This document shows, one piece after another, positions 15,357 to 23,631 of a stretch of 24,000 nt of DNA. Every line of letters begins with the position of its first letter. Within the stretch, counting starts at the first letter, position 1. Source of the stretch: Candidatus Caldarchaeum subterraneum (GTDB lineage: Archaea; Thermoproteota; Nitrososphaeria_A; Caldarchaeales; Caldarchaeaceae). Below the pieces are notes generated by a model that saw only the letters and a list, made by a program, of their open reading frames with translations, ran no database searches and was not told where the DNA came from. The stretch covers positions 1-24,000 of the forward strand of contig DQVM01000076.1 in assembly GCA_015661775.1 (NCBI GenBank), in the 5' to 3' direction. A program made the position numbers and the translations under genes.

Positions 15357-16703
15357 ATGAGCACCGAGCTGAGGAAGACAGATTACTACCGGGAGCTTGC
15401 CCGTAAGGTTCTTCCAAAGAACTTCTGGACTGAAAAAACCATCACTGCTGACTTCATAGTTGAAAGAGCTTCCGGCTCCTACTTGATAGACGTAGAGGGA
15501 CGTAAGTTCATAGACCTAACAAGCCAATGGTCTACTAATAATGTGGGGAACGTGCATCCCGCGGTGCTTGAAGCAGCTATAGAGGGGCTTAAGCAGTATG
15601 GTTTTCTAATCTATGGATTGAATCTACATAAGCCGGTCTTCGAGCTTGCTCAGGAGCTTCTTAGAATAGCTCCTTCAAAGAAGCTAACCCGCGTGGCCCT
15701 TGAGCTCTCCGGGACGGGTGCTGTTGACGCTGCTGTTAAGTTTGCCTTAGGTGTTAAGAAGAGGCCTCATATCATAAGTTTCTTAGGCCAGTACCATGGC
15801 TATTATACCGGTACGTTAAACTACAGCCCTGAGAGCGCCGAGGCTAGGCGTTACTACGAGAGCTTCTTAGGAAGCGTCTCTATACTGCTCCCGTATCCCT
15901 ATGAATACAGAGCCCCCGCCGGTATGTCTGGTGAGGAGTGGGGAGGGTTTATAGTGGATTACATAGAGGATAACATACTCCGTTACCAAGCCGCAGCAGA
16001 TAGGATAGCCGCGATTCTCTTCGAGCCTATAGCATGTGAGGCCGGTGTCTGGATACCTCCTGACAGCTTCATCCACGGCCTGAGGAAGCTGGCGGATAAA
16101 TACGGCTGGTTTCTGGTAGCGGATGAGGTTATGACAGGTTTCGGCAGGACAGGGAGGTGGTTTGCGATAGAGCACTGGGGGATAGACGCTGAGCTGGTTC
16201 CACTCGGTAAGGGGATATGCGGGGGGATATTCCCCATAGCAGCTGTATACGGAAGCGAGGAGGCTATGGCTAGTGAGGTTATAGACTATGGAACGACATT
16301 CGGAGGCCATCCTGCAGGATGCCTAGCGGCGCTGGCTAACATCAAGGTTATGGAGCAGGAGAGGATAGTTGAACGCTCAGCCAAGCTGGGTGAGAAGGCC
16401 CTGAAACGAATCAAAGACTGGCCTGAGAGGTATGAGATAGTAGGCGACGTGAGGGGGAGGGGGCTCTTGATAGGCATAGAGTTCGTCAAGGATAAACGCC
16501 TCAAGACAAGAAACCCCGAATCCGCCAGAACAGTGTATATAGAGTCTATAAAACGCGGGGTAGTTCCGTTGATGGACAGCGGAGACTGGACGCTTAGAGT
16601 ACAGCCCCCGTTAACTATAGAGGAGGAGACCCTGATGCATTCTTTCGACGTCATAGAGGAGGCTGTGAAGATTGCTGAGAGAGAATTCAAACAATCCAGT
16701 TAG
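15357..16703 (+). CDS. Class-III PLP-dependent aminotransferase (4-aminobutyrate/ornithine/putrescine aminotransferase-like)
   Basis: LSGTGAVDAAVKFA, FLGQYHGYY, FEPIACEAGVWIPP, LVADEVMTGFGRTGRWFA, the catalytic-Lys block PLGKGICGG, and TTFGGHP. ATG start. Confidence 0.85.
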   Translation: MSTELRKTDYYRELARKVLPKNFWTEKTITADFIVERASGSYLIDVEGRKFIDLTSQWSTNNVGNVHPAVLEAAIEGLKQYGFLIYGLNLHKPVFELAQELLRIAPSKKLTRVALELSGTGAVDAAVKFALGVKKRPHIISFLGQYHGYYTGTLNYSPESAEARRYYESFLGSVSILLPYPYEYRAPAGMSGEEWGGFIVDYIEDNILRYQAAADRIAAILFEPIACEAGVWIPPDSFIHGLRKLADKYGWFLVADEVMTGFGRTGRWFAIEHWGIDAELVPLGKGICGGIFPIAAVYGSEEAMASEVIDYGTTFGGHPAGCLAALANIKVMEQERIVERSAKLGEKALKRIKDWPERYEIVGDVRGRGLLIGIEFVKDKRLKTRNPESARTVYIESIKRGVVPLMDSGDWTLRVQPPLTIEEETLMHSFDVIEEAVKIAEREFKQSS

Positions 16704-17503
16704 ATAATCTCCTCCAACAACCCCTTCCTATGCAGCAGGTAGATAATCAAGCTACCTACTATTACTATTATAGCCGACACCGCGTTCACTATAGGAAGCT
16801 TCTTGGGGTATCTTATGCTGCTCCAAACCCATATAGGGAAGGTAAGGTCGGAGCCTATCGTGAAGTAGGTTATGATGAAGTTGTCGAAGGACCAGATGAA
16901 GGTGATTAACGCTGCAGCCGCTACTGCTGGGAATATCTGGGGGAGCATTATTTTTCTGAAGACCTGCAGCTGGTCTGCTCCCAAGTCCATGGCGGCTTCG
17001 TTTAGTCTTATGTTGTAGGTTAGCAGCCTGGATCCCACTATTATGACTACTACGGGGATGCTGTACGTTAGGTGGCTGAGGACTACGGTTAGGAAGGAGA
17101 GCTCCATACCTACGGTTATGTAGAATATCAGGGAGGCTACTCCTATTAAGAGCCATGGGATTACAAAGGGAACCGCCATGAACATTATGAAGACATCCTT
17201 TTTCCTGCCTCGCAGCGATGCGAAGGTGAAGGCTGCTGGGAGGCCGAGCACCATAGCTGCAGCGGTTACAATACTAGCTATGATAAGCGAGTTCCCTAGG
17301 CTTCTGAAGAGAAACTCCTCCTCAAACATTGCCATATACCATCTTAGGCTAAACCCTGCGAAGGGGAAGCTGAAGAAGGCCTTAGCATGGAAGGAGAACA
17401 GGATTAGAAGAAATATGGGGAGGTATATTAGTAGGGAGACTACAGAGGCTGTGTAACCGCCTAGCAGCAGCTTGGCTATACTCCAGTTTTTCCTCACGCT
17501 CAT
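16700..17503 (-). CDS. PotC-type ABC transporter permease (system 2)
   Basis: EAA loop NEAAMDLGADQLQVFRKIMLPQIFPA. Its start overlaps the upstream permease gene as ATGA. Its stop codon overlaps the stop of the convergent aminotransferase gene. Confidence 0.85.
   Translation of the reverse strand: MSVRKNWSIAKLLLGGYTASVVSLLIYLPIFLLILFSFHAKAFFSFPFAGFSLRWYMAMFEEEFLFRSLGNSLIIASIVTAAAMVLGLPAAFTFASLRGRKKDVFIMFMAVPFVIPWLLIGVASLIFYITVGMELSFLTVVLSHLTYSIPVVVIIVGSRLLTYNIRLNEAAMDLGADQLQVFRKIMLPQIFPAVAAAALITFIWSFDNFIITYFTIGSDLTFPIWVWSSIRYPKKLPIVNAVSAIIVIVGSLIIYLLHRKGLLEEII
16867..16915. repeat. 49-nt perfect repeat shared with 21094-21142, inside the paralogous PotC-type permease genes
   Basis: aggttatgatgaagttgtcgaaggaccagatgaaggtgattaacgctgc is identical at both sites. 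Extending to 16854-16915 versus 21081-21142 adds only 2 mismatches. The flanks are diverged. Confidence 0.9.
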
Positions 17504-18390
17504 CTGTAAAGCGCCTCCATTCCGAGTATCTTGACCATTATACCTACTATTATCAGGCTGGTGGCGAGTAGGATAACGCTTGCCGCAGTTGCTAGGGGCC
17601 AGTTACCTGCTGCAAGCAGCTGGTTCTCAATCATGTTTCCTATCATATAGCCTGACTTCCCACCCACCAAGGCGGGGATGGCGAATTCGCCCAGAGCGGG
17701 TATAAAGACTATGAAGATAGCTGTAAGTATGCCGGGTTTACAAAGCGGTAGGGTTATCTTCAGGAAGGTCTGTAGCCTAGAAGCCCCTAGGTCGTGGGCC
17801 GCTTCGTAGAGGCTGCGGGGGATGCTTCTCAGCGATATGTAAAGGGGAATAACTACGTAGGGAAGCCACTCATGCATCGTAACTATTACTATAGCGAACC
17901 AGTTGTAGAAGAATATAGGCAGGGGCTTCTCTATAACCCCTACCGCTACTAGGAAGCTGTTTAGAATACCGTTTTCTCCTAGTATTGTACGCCATGCGAA
18001 GATGCGTATGAGATAGTTTATCTCGACTGGGATGAGCATGAGTAGTATTATACGGTCTGCGCTTGACCTTACGTACCGGGCTATAAAATATGCTATTGGG
18101 AAGCCGACTATCAGGAGCAAGGCCATGGCCACGCCCACTATGAATATTGTGTTCAGGAGAACTCTTGTATAGATGGGTGATGTGAAGAACCTTAGGTAGT
18201 TCTCAAGCGTTAAGGCTGGTTCGAACCTGAATAGCTTTAGATACCTCCAGAAGCTGTAGTACATCAGCATAGCAATCGGTATGTAGAAGAGGAGAAGCAG
18301 GTAGGTGGTTGATGGAATCCAGTTTATCCATCTTCTTCTCCCAAGCCACGTGAGTAACCCCTTACGGCTGGGCAGCATCCCTTGATACAC
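17500..18390 (-). CDS. PotB-type ABC transporter permease (system 2)
   Basis: EAA loop YEAAHDLGASRLQTFLKITLPLCKPG. The start is either GTG at 18390 (9 nt after the ATPase stop) or ATG at 18378. Confidence 0.8.
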   Translation of the reverse strand: MYQGMLPSRKGLLTWLGRRRWINWIPSTTYLLLLFYIPIAMLMYYSFWRYLKLFRFEPALTLENYLRFFTSPIYTRVLLNTIFIVGVAMALLLIVGFPIAYFIARYVRSSADRIILLMLIPVEINYLIRIFAWRTILGENGILNSFLVAVGVIEKPLPIFFYNWFAIVIVTMHEWLPYVVIPLYISLRSIPRSLYEAAHDLGASRLQTFLKITLPLCKPGILTAIFIVFIPALGEFAIPALVGGKSGYMIGNMIENQLLAAGNWPLATAASVILLATSLIIVGIMVKILGMEALYR

Positions 18391-18399
18391 CTGACAAAG

Positions 18400-19473
18400 C
18401 TACTGCGTTACGTATACGTTGACGTCCTCCGGAGACCAGCTTATATACACTTTATCACCTTGTCTATACCCCATCTGCCTTGAGGTTGTCTGTATCTTTA
18501 TTCTAGAGCCGTCAGGAAGCTCCAGTTCGTAGGTTGTTAAAACTCCTGAGAAATTAATCTCAGATACTCTTGCTGAGAGCGTGTTTATACAGTCGTTGGG
18601 GGTTTTGGTTATCTGGATTTTCTCGGGCCTTATCCCCACCGTTACCCTAGCCCCTGTTTCCGGCCTTCCCTTAACTCTCTGCATAGTAGCCTCAACCTCC
18701 CCTACGGGGGTTTCTACTTTGAGAACATCCCCTTTAACTTCTGTTACTCTTCCTTCTAGGAAGTTCATCTCACCTATGAAGCTCGCCACGAATAGGCTGG
18801 CTGGGCTGTCGTACACCTCGTCCTTTGTCCCTAGCTGCTGTATCTCTCCCGTGTTTATCACAGCTATCTTGTCTGCTAACGCCATGGCTTCATGCTGGTC
18901 ATGGGTTACGAAGACCCATGTATTAGCTACTTGTCTCTGGAGTTTCTTCAGCTCAACCCACATGTCCATTCTAAGCTTCATGTCTAACGCCCCTAGTGGT
19001 TCGTCCAGTAGGAGAATATCGGGGTGGAGTACTAGGCTTCTCGCCAAGGCTACTCTCTGCCTCTGGCCCCCGCTTATCTTAGCTACGCTCCTATCCAGCA
19101 GGTCGTTTATCCTAAGCATCTCAGCAACCTCTTTAACCCGTATCTCCACCTCCCGCCTATCGTATTTCCGAATCTTGAGGCCAAACGCTATGTTCTCGAA
19201 GACGTTTAGGTGGGGGAAGAGGGCTAGGTCTTGGAAGACCATGCTGGTGGGCCTGTTATAAGGAGGCTCGTAGGTTACATCCCTCCCGTTTATCAAAACC
19301 CTGCCCTTATCAGGCTTTTCTAAACCACTTATTATCCTAAGCAAGGTACTCTTTCCACTACCGCTGGTGCCCAGGATTACAAGTAACTCCCCCTTGTTTA
19401 CCTCTAGGTTTACGTTCTTCAAAGCGGTTATATGGCCAAAAAATTTATGGATATTCTCCAGTTTAAGACTCAT
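18400..19473 (-). CDS. PotA-type ABC transporter ATP-binding protein with a TOBE-like C-terminal domain (system 2)
   Basis: Walker A GTSGSGKST, MVFQDLALFPHLNVFENIAFGL, signature ISGGQRQRVALARSL, Walker B LLLDEPLGALD, and VTHDQHEA. I prefer ATG at 19473 (MSLKLENIHKFFG), 11 nt after the binding-protein stop. The track start at 19521 lies inside the upstream gene. Confidence 0.85.
   Translation of the reverse strand: MSLKLENIHKFFGHITALKNVNLEVNKGELLVILGTSGSGKSTLLRIISGLEKPDKGRVLINGRDVTYEPPYNRPTSMVFQDLALFPHLNVFENIAFGLKIRKYDRREVEIRVKEVAEMLRINDLLDRSVAKISGGQRQRVALARSLVLHPDILLLDEPLGALDMKLRMDMWVELKKLQRQVANTWVFVTHDQHEAMALADKIAVINTGEIQQLGTKDEVYDSPASLFVASFIGEMNFLEGRVTEVKGDVLKVETPVGEVEATMQRVKGRPETGARVTVGIRPEKIQITKTPNDCINTLSARVSEINFSGVLTTYELELPDGSRIKIQTTSRQMGYRQGDKVYISWSPEDVNVYVTQ
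19187..19251. repeat. 65-nt perfect repeat shared with 23328-23392, inside the paralogous ATPase genes
   Basis: Base-by-base comparison shows gctatgttctcgaagacgtttaggtgggggaagagggctaggtcttggaagaccatgctggtggg identical at both sites. The flanking sequences are strongly diverged. Confidence 0.9.
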
Positions 19474-19484
19474 CAATACGCACG

Positions 19485-20732
19485 CTAGGCAGCTAACACC
19501 TCTTCCCATACGCTTATCCATAGGTCGTAGTTGGGTACGGCTTCTTCGAAGACTGCGTTCTGCAGCACCTCAAGAACCTTATCCAGCCCCGCCGCCTCGA
19601 CGACCTCAGGGTCTATCATCTCCTCAACCACCCGTTTGTTGGTTACCCAGTATCCGAACTCCTCTGGGTCTGCGAAGGCCGTCTGAACGTGGGGTGCTAG
19701 GAAGTTGTCCACCAGCTTGTGGGCAGCTACCGGCATTTGGGTTCCCTTAACTATGGAGTTGCCGCACATGAAGATGAACTCCCCCTCTTTAGGCGAGACG
19801 TATTTAACTGGAATGCCTTCGCTGGTCAGCTCGTTCACCTCAGGTATCCAGCCTACCGAGATCCATACATCACCTGCTGCCATAAGCTCAGCTGCCTCAA
19901 CGTCAGGCTCGTCGGAGTACTTCAGCACTAGGGGCTTCTGCTCAATCAGCTTCTCCTTAACCTGCTGCAGCTGCTCCTCATTCAGGTTCCAGGGGTCTTT
20001 AAACCCTAGAGCTAGGGCTGCTATGGCTATGCTTATCTTAGGGTCGTCGGGCATTAGTATGTGGCCTGCGAACTCAGGGTCCCAGAGGTCGTTCCAGCTG
20101 GTTATCTCACGCTGTATCTTGTCGGTTCTGTACATTATTCCTTCCTGCCCTATGTTGGTGGGTATGAAGTAGACCTCGCCGTCGACCACAACCCCAGGAG
20201 CTGCCCAGAGCTCTGGGAACATATCCAGCCAGTTGTCCAGCAGCCTTACGTCTATGGGTTGTATAAGGCCTAGGTCTAGCAGTATCCCGATGTAGTCGCT
20301 GCAGGGCGCTATTACGTCGGCCCTAAACCCTGCCTGGAGCTTGGCCACCATCTCGTCCTGGTCTCCGTAGATTGCTGTCTCCAGCTGCACCTGTGGGTAC
20401 TTCTCTCTGAACGGGTTTAGAAAAGCGTCTGTAGCCTCTTCCTCCCACGTGAAGAGGAGTAGCCTACCCGACTCAACCTCAACTGCGGGGGCTTGAGTAA
20501 CCGTAGATACTAAGGTGGTGGTTAATGTCTGGGTTACAGTCATGGTTATAACAGCTCCGTCAGCTGCCACGGTCTCTGTTATGGTCTTTATCCTCTCTAT
20601 TGTGGAGGTTACTGTAACCACGCCTGCACCTGCTCCACCTACGAAGAAGCCTCCGACAGCGCCTACGATAAGCGCAACAATAGTAGCAACAACAAGCACA
20701 GGTTTAGACTGACCAGATATACTTCTCTTCAT
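19485..20732 (-). CDS. PotD-family (family-1 solute-binding) ABC substrate-binding protein, membrane-anchored with a Thr/Val-rich stalk (system 2)
   Basis: The N-terminal anchor is PVLVVATIVALIVGAVGGFFVGGAG. The stalk is VVTVTSTIERIKTITETVAADGAVITMTVTQTLTTTLVSTVTQ. The core has the PotD-like order of blocks: LLLFTWEE...MVAKLQAG..ADVIAP, then YFIPTNIGQEGIMYRTDKI, then CGNSIVKG. Ligand unknown. Confidence 0.75.
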   Translation of the reverse strand: MKRSISGQSKPVLVVATIVALIVGAVGGFFVGGAGAGVVTVTSTIERIKTITETVAADGAVITMTVTQTLTTTLVSTVTQAPAVEVESGRLLLFTWEEEATDAFLNPFREKYPQVQLETAIYGDQDEMVAKLQAGFRADVIAPCSDYIGILLDLGLIQPIDVRLLDNWLDMFPELWAAPGVVVDGEVYFIPTNIGQEGIMYRTDKIQREITSWNDLWDPEFAGHILMPDDPKISIAIAALALGFKDPWNLNEEQLQQVKEKLIEQKPLVLKYSDEPDVEAAELMAAGDVWISVGWIPEVNELTSEGIPVKYVSPKEGEFIFMCGNSIVKGTQMPVAAHKLVDNFLAPHVQTAFADPEEFGYWVTNKRVVEEMIDPEVVEAAGLDKVLEVLQNAVFEEAVPNYDLWISVWEEVLAA

Positions 20733-20911
20733 ATCTTCAACCTACAAAACCGATGAAAACAACGGTATAATTAAACTTTATTACAAACATAAAGAATCCA
20801 ACATTCTTTTCTTACTTTATTCCGACTCTAAATTAAGAAATTAAGGTGTTATTCCGTTATTTTCATCCTATTTCGATGGATTTTCCTATTTTACACCCTC
20901 TTTACCCCGGT
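20733..20911 (-). promoter_or_regulatory. Inter-operon spacer holding the terminator of system 3 and the promoter of system 2
   Basis: A 179-nt AT-rich spacer. On the minus strand, T-rich runs follow the stop at 20912. TTTAATTATA (plus-strand about 20763-20779) lies about 30-40 nt before ATG 20732. Confidence 0.4.
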
Positions 20912-21706
20912 TTACTCTAGTAGTGTGATGCCTATTCCTTTTCTTATCCTGTAGCTTTCAAGCAGATAGACCACCACCGAGCCTATGATTATTATCAGGG
21001 AGGAGGCGGCGGTTATTACAGGTACTTGCGTCGGATGCCTAAGAGAGCCCCATAGCCATATTGGGAAGGTCTGCTCAGTTCCTATAGTGAAGAAGGTTAT
21101 GATGAAGTTGTCGAAGGACCAGATGAAGGTGATTAACGCTGCCACCGCTATTGCTGGGTATGTCAGCGGCAGAGTTACGTTGATGAATGTTCTCATCCGG
21201 TCAGCGCCTAAGTCCATGCTGGCTTTCTCGTAATTGGGGTTTAGACTCAATACGCGGGCTGCTACGATTAATATAACCAACGGGATGCTGTAAATAATAT
21301 GACTCAGGGATACCGTCAGCAGGGAAAGCTGCAGGCCTAACGTTCTGAAGAAAACCAGAGATATAACACCTATAACAAGCCAAGGTACTAGGAAGGGCAG
21401 TAGGACAAAACCCACGAAGGGGGTATTCCTCCGCAGCCTTACGAACGAAAAAGCAGCCGGCACCCCAACCAGCAGCGCCCCCGACGTGGTCATAGCAGCC
21501 ACTATCATGGAGTTGACTATACTCTCGAAGAACTCCATGTTGCTCAGCACCTCCTCATACCATTTTGTTGTAAAGCCTTTTAGGGGGAGTAGGAAGTAGA
21601 TTCCCTCGTTGAAGGAGAAGACCACCACTACAGCTATGGGGAAGTAGATTAACAAAGTTATGACCGTTGCCGTGAAGCCTGCTAGCATAAGCTTTATCTT
21701 ACTCAT
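20912..21706 (-). CDS. PotC-type ABC transporter permease (system 3)
   Basis: EAA loop EKASMDLGADRMRTFINVTLPLTYPA. It is collinear with, and clearly paralogous to, 16700-17503; both share ALITFIWSFDNFII. It overlaps the upstream permease gene by 8 nt. Confidence 0.85.
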   Translation of the reverse strand: MSKIKLMLAGFTATVITLLIYFPIAVVVVFSFNEGIYFLLPLKGFTTKWYEEVLSNMEFFESIVNSMIVAAMTTSGALLVGVPAAFSFVRLRRNTPFVGFVLLPFLVPWLVIGVISLVFFRTLGLQLSLLTVSLSHIIYSIPLVILIVAARVLSLNPNYEKASMDLGADRMRTFINVTLPLTYPAIAVAALITFIWSFDNFIITFFTIGTEQTFPIWLWGSLRHPTQVPVITAASSLIIIIGSVVVYLLESYRIRKGIGITLLE

Positions 21707-22553
21707 AGAGCCTCCTAACTCCCATGTATTTGAAGACTAGGAAAGAAGCTATCAACGTTATTATCAACAGGCTGATGGTAGCTGCTGAGGCGTAGGGCCA
21801 GTTACCTACATCCAAGTACTGCCGGGTTATCAAGTTACCCAATAGGAAGGTTTTACCCCCCACCAACGCAGGTATGGCGAACTCTCCCAACATAGGTACG
21901 TAGATGAAAAGGAAAGCGACAGCTATACCGGGCATGCTTAGCGGCAGGGTTACTCTAAAGAACGTACTAACCCTGTTGGAGCCCAGGTCCATAGCGGCTT
22001 GGTATAGGTTCTGGGGTATGCTTCTGAGCGTTATGTAAAGCGGGAAAACGGCGTATGGGAGGGCGTTATGTACAATAACTATTATTACCGCGTACATGCT
22101 GTGGAAGAATATTCTAACCGGCTCGTCTATTATCCCAAGCGTCAGGAGCAGATTGTTTATGAACCCCTGTTCTCCTAGAATGTTACGCCAAGCGAATATA
22201 CGGATAAGATAGTTCATCTCAAGAGGTATTAGCATTAGCAGTATTATCCTGAGCCCCGTATCACCTTTCAGAACCCTAGCTAGGAAGTAAGCTATAGGAT
22301 AAGCAACCAGTAACGTAGCTAAAAATGACAAGAACGCAACGACGTTAGTTACTATCATAACGTTCTGCGTAACCCTACTCGTCAAAAACCTAACGTAATT
22401 CTCGAGGGTGAAACCTGGTTTAAACTCGTAGAACGGGCCGCCTATCCAGAAGCTGTAAACTATTATAGTTATTATGGGTATGTAGAAGAAGAGGAGGAGA
22501 TACGCTGTTGTTGGGATTGCGTATATGTGGTATATTGATAGCCGTCGTTTCAT
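21699..22553 (-). CDS. PotB-type ABC transporter permease (system 3)
   Basis: EAA loop YQAAMDLGSNRVSTFFRVTLPLSMPG. I prefer ATG at 22553 (MKRRLSIYH...), 2 nt after the ATPase stop codon. The track start at 22565 is a GTG inside the ATPase gene. Confidence 0.8.
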   Translation of the reverse strand: MKRRLSIYHIYAIPTTAYLLLFFYIPIITIIVYSFWIGGPFYEFKPGFTLENYVRFLTSRVTQNVMIVTNVVAFLSFLATLLVAYPIAYFLARVLKGDTGLRIILLMLIPLEMNYLIRIFAWRNILGEQGFINNLLLTLGIIDEPVRIFFHSMYAVIIVIVHNALPYAVFPLYITLRSIPQNLYQAAMDLGSNRVSTFFRVTLPLSMPGIAVAFLFIYVPMLGEFAIPALVGGKTFLLGNLITRQYLDVGNWPYASAATISLLIITLIASFLVFKYMGVRRLYE

Positions 22554-22555
22554 GT

Positions 22556-23626
22556 TTATCTGCACCGTAGTATTATTACGTCTTCAGCACTCCACGCCAC
22601 CTCTATAGTATCCCCTATGTTTATCGACTCCGTGCTTGTGAAGCGGGCCAGCATCACATACCCGTGCTCAGTTTCGAATTTAACATCCACGAAAGCCCCT
22701 TTATACGTAAGGTCTAGAACCTTCCCCTTAGACCTGTTTATCGGCTCCTCCCTCTTAGCCAGTTTTATCTTTTCAGGCCTTATCATGACTTGAATAATCT
22801 CTCCCTCACGCAACCCTGGTTTTGAAGGTGCTAGGAGTAGCATACTACCTGTGTCCAGCAGTGTTTTGCCTTCAGCTACTTGGGTTACTCTCGCTTCGAA
22901 GAAGTTCGCTTCGCCTAAGAACTCGGCTACGAATCTGCTGCAGGGTTTCTCGTAGATGGTCTTTATATCTCCTACCGCCAGCAGTCTTCCCTCGTTCAGG
23001 ATGGCAACCCTGTCGGACATGGTCATGGCCTCTTCATGGTCGTGGGTTACGTAGACCCAAGTGGCTTTTAGACTCCTTTGAACCCTGCGGAGCTCTATTT
23101 GCATCTCCCGGCGGAGCTTCAGGTCAAGCGGCCCTAGAGGCTCGTCTAGGAGCAGGACCTCAGGCTCCAGTACTAGGCTCCTTGCAAGAGCTACGCGTTG
23201 CTGCTGGCCTCCGCTTAGTTGAGTTATCCGTCTGTCTATGAGCTTCTCTATGTGGAGTAGCTCCGCCGCCCATTTCACTCTTCTCCTTATCTCGTCTCGT
23301 GGGAACTTTCTCACCTTAAGCCCGTATGCTATGTTCTCGAAGACGTTTAGGTGGGGGAAGAGGGCTAGGTCTTGGAAGACCATGCTGGTGGGGCGTTTGA
23401 AGGGTGGGGTGTTGTTTATCACTTGTCCGTTTATTCTAACTTCCCCTTTATCAGGTTCTTCAAATCCTCCTATTATCTTCAGCAGGGTGCTCTTGCCGCT
23501 GCCGCTGGGGCCTAGGATTGTAATGAACTCGCCTTTTCTGACAGCTAGGGTGATGTCCCTAAGCGCGGCTACGTTTCCGTAGGTTTTGGTTACGTTAAGC
23601 AGTTCGAGGGCTGGGGGTGTTGTCAT
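22556..23626 (-). CDS. PotA-type ABC transporter ATP-binding protein with a TOBE-like C-terminal domain (system 3)
   Basis: Walker A GPSGSGKST, MVFQDLALFPHLNVFENIAYGL, signature [15 protein letters not shown], Walker B LLLDEPLGPLD, and VTHDHEEA. Confidence 0.9.
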   Translation of the reverse strand: MTTPPALELLNVTKTYGNVAALRDITLAVRKGEFITILGPSGSGKSTLLKIIGGFEEPDKGEVRINGQVINNTPPFKRPTSMVFQDLALFPHLNVFENIAYGLKVRKFPRDEIRRRVKWAAELLHIEKLIDRRITQLSGGQQQRVALARSLVLEPEVLLLDEPLGPLDLKLRREMQIELRRVQRSLKATWVYVTHDHEEAMTMSDRVAILNEGRLLAVGDIKTIYEKPCSRFVAEFLGEANFFEARVTQVAEGKTLLDTGSMLLLAPSKPGLREGEIIQVMIRPEKIKLAKREEPINRSKGKVLDLTYKGAFVDVKFETEHGYVMLARFTSTESINIGDTIEVAWSAEDVIILRCR

Positions 23627-23631
23627 TCTTC

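Noticed and set aside
18581-19261. Long antisense or alternative-frame ORFs inside well-supported genes, up to 226 aa. These include 18581-19261, 19705-20172, 22822-23241, 23238-23582, 15867-16310, 16286-16690, 16752-17156, 4400-4738, 2165-2530, 955-1302 and the other short track entries.
   Set aside because: They are shadow ORFs. They lie opposite or out of frame to genes with clear family motifs, and they have Ser/Leu/Pro/Arg-rich low-complexity composition with no recognisable motifs. The identical peptide NAMFSKTFRWGKRARSWKTMLVG in two of them simply reflects the 65-nt repeat in the real ATPase genes.
19474-19521. Extended start of the system-2 ATPase (MDKRMGRGVSCLACVL...), and similar TTG/GTG-extended track starts at 2049, 7937, 9006 and 22565
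   Set aside because: Each extension overlaps the end of the preceding gene or uses TTG/GTG when a well-placed ATG follows within a few codons. I chose the ATG starts, but the exact starts remain uncertain without N-terminal data.
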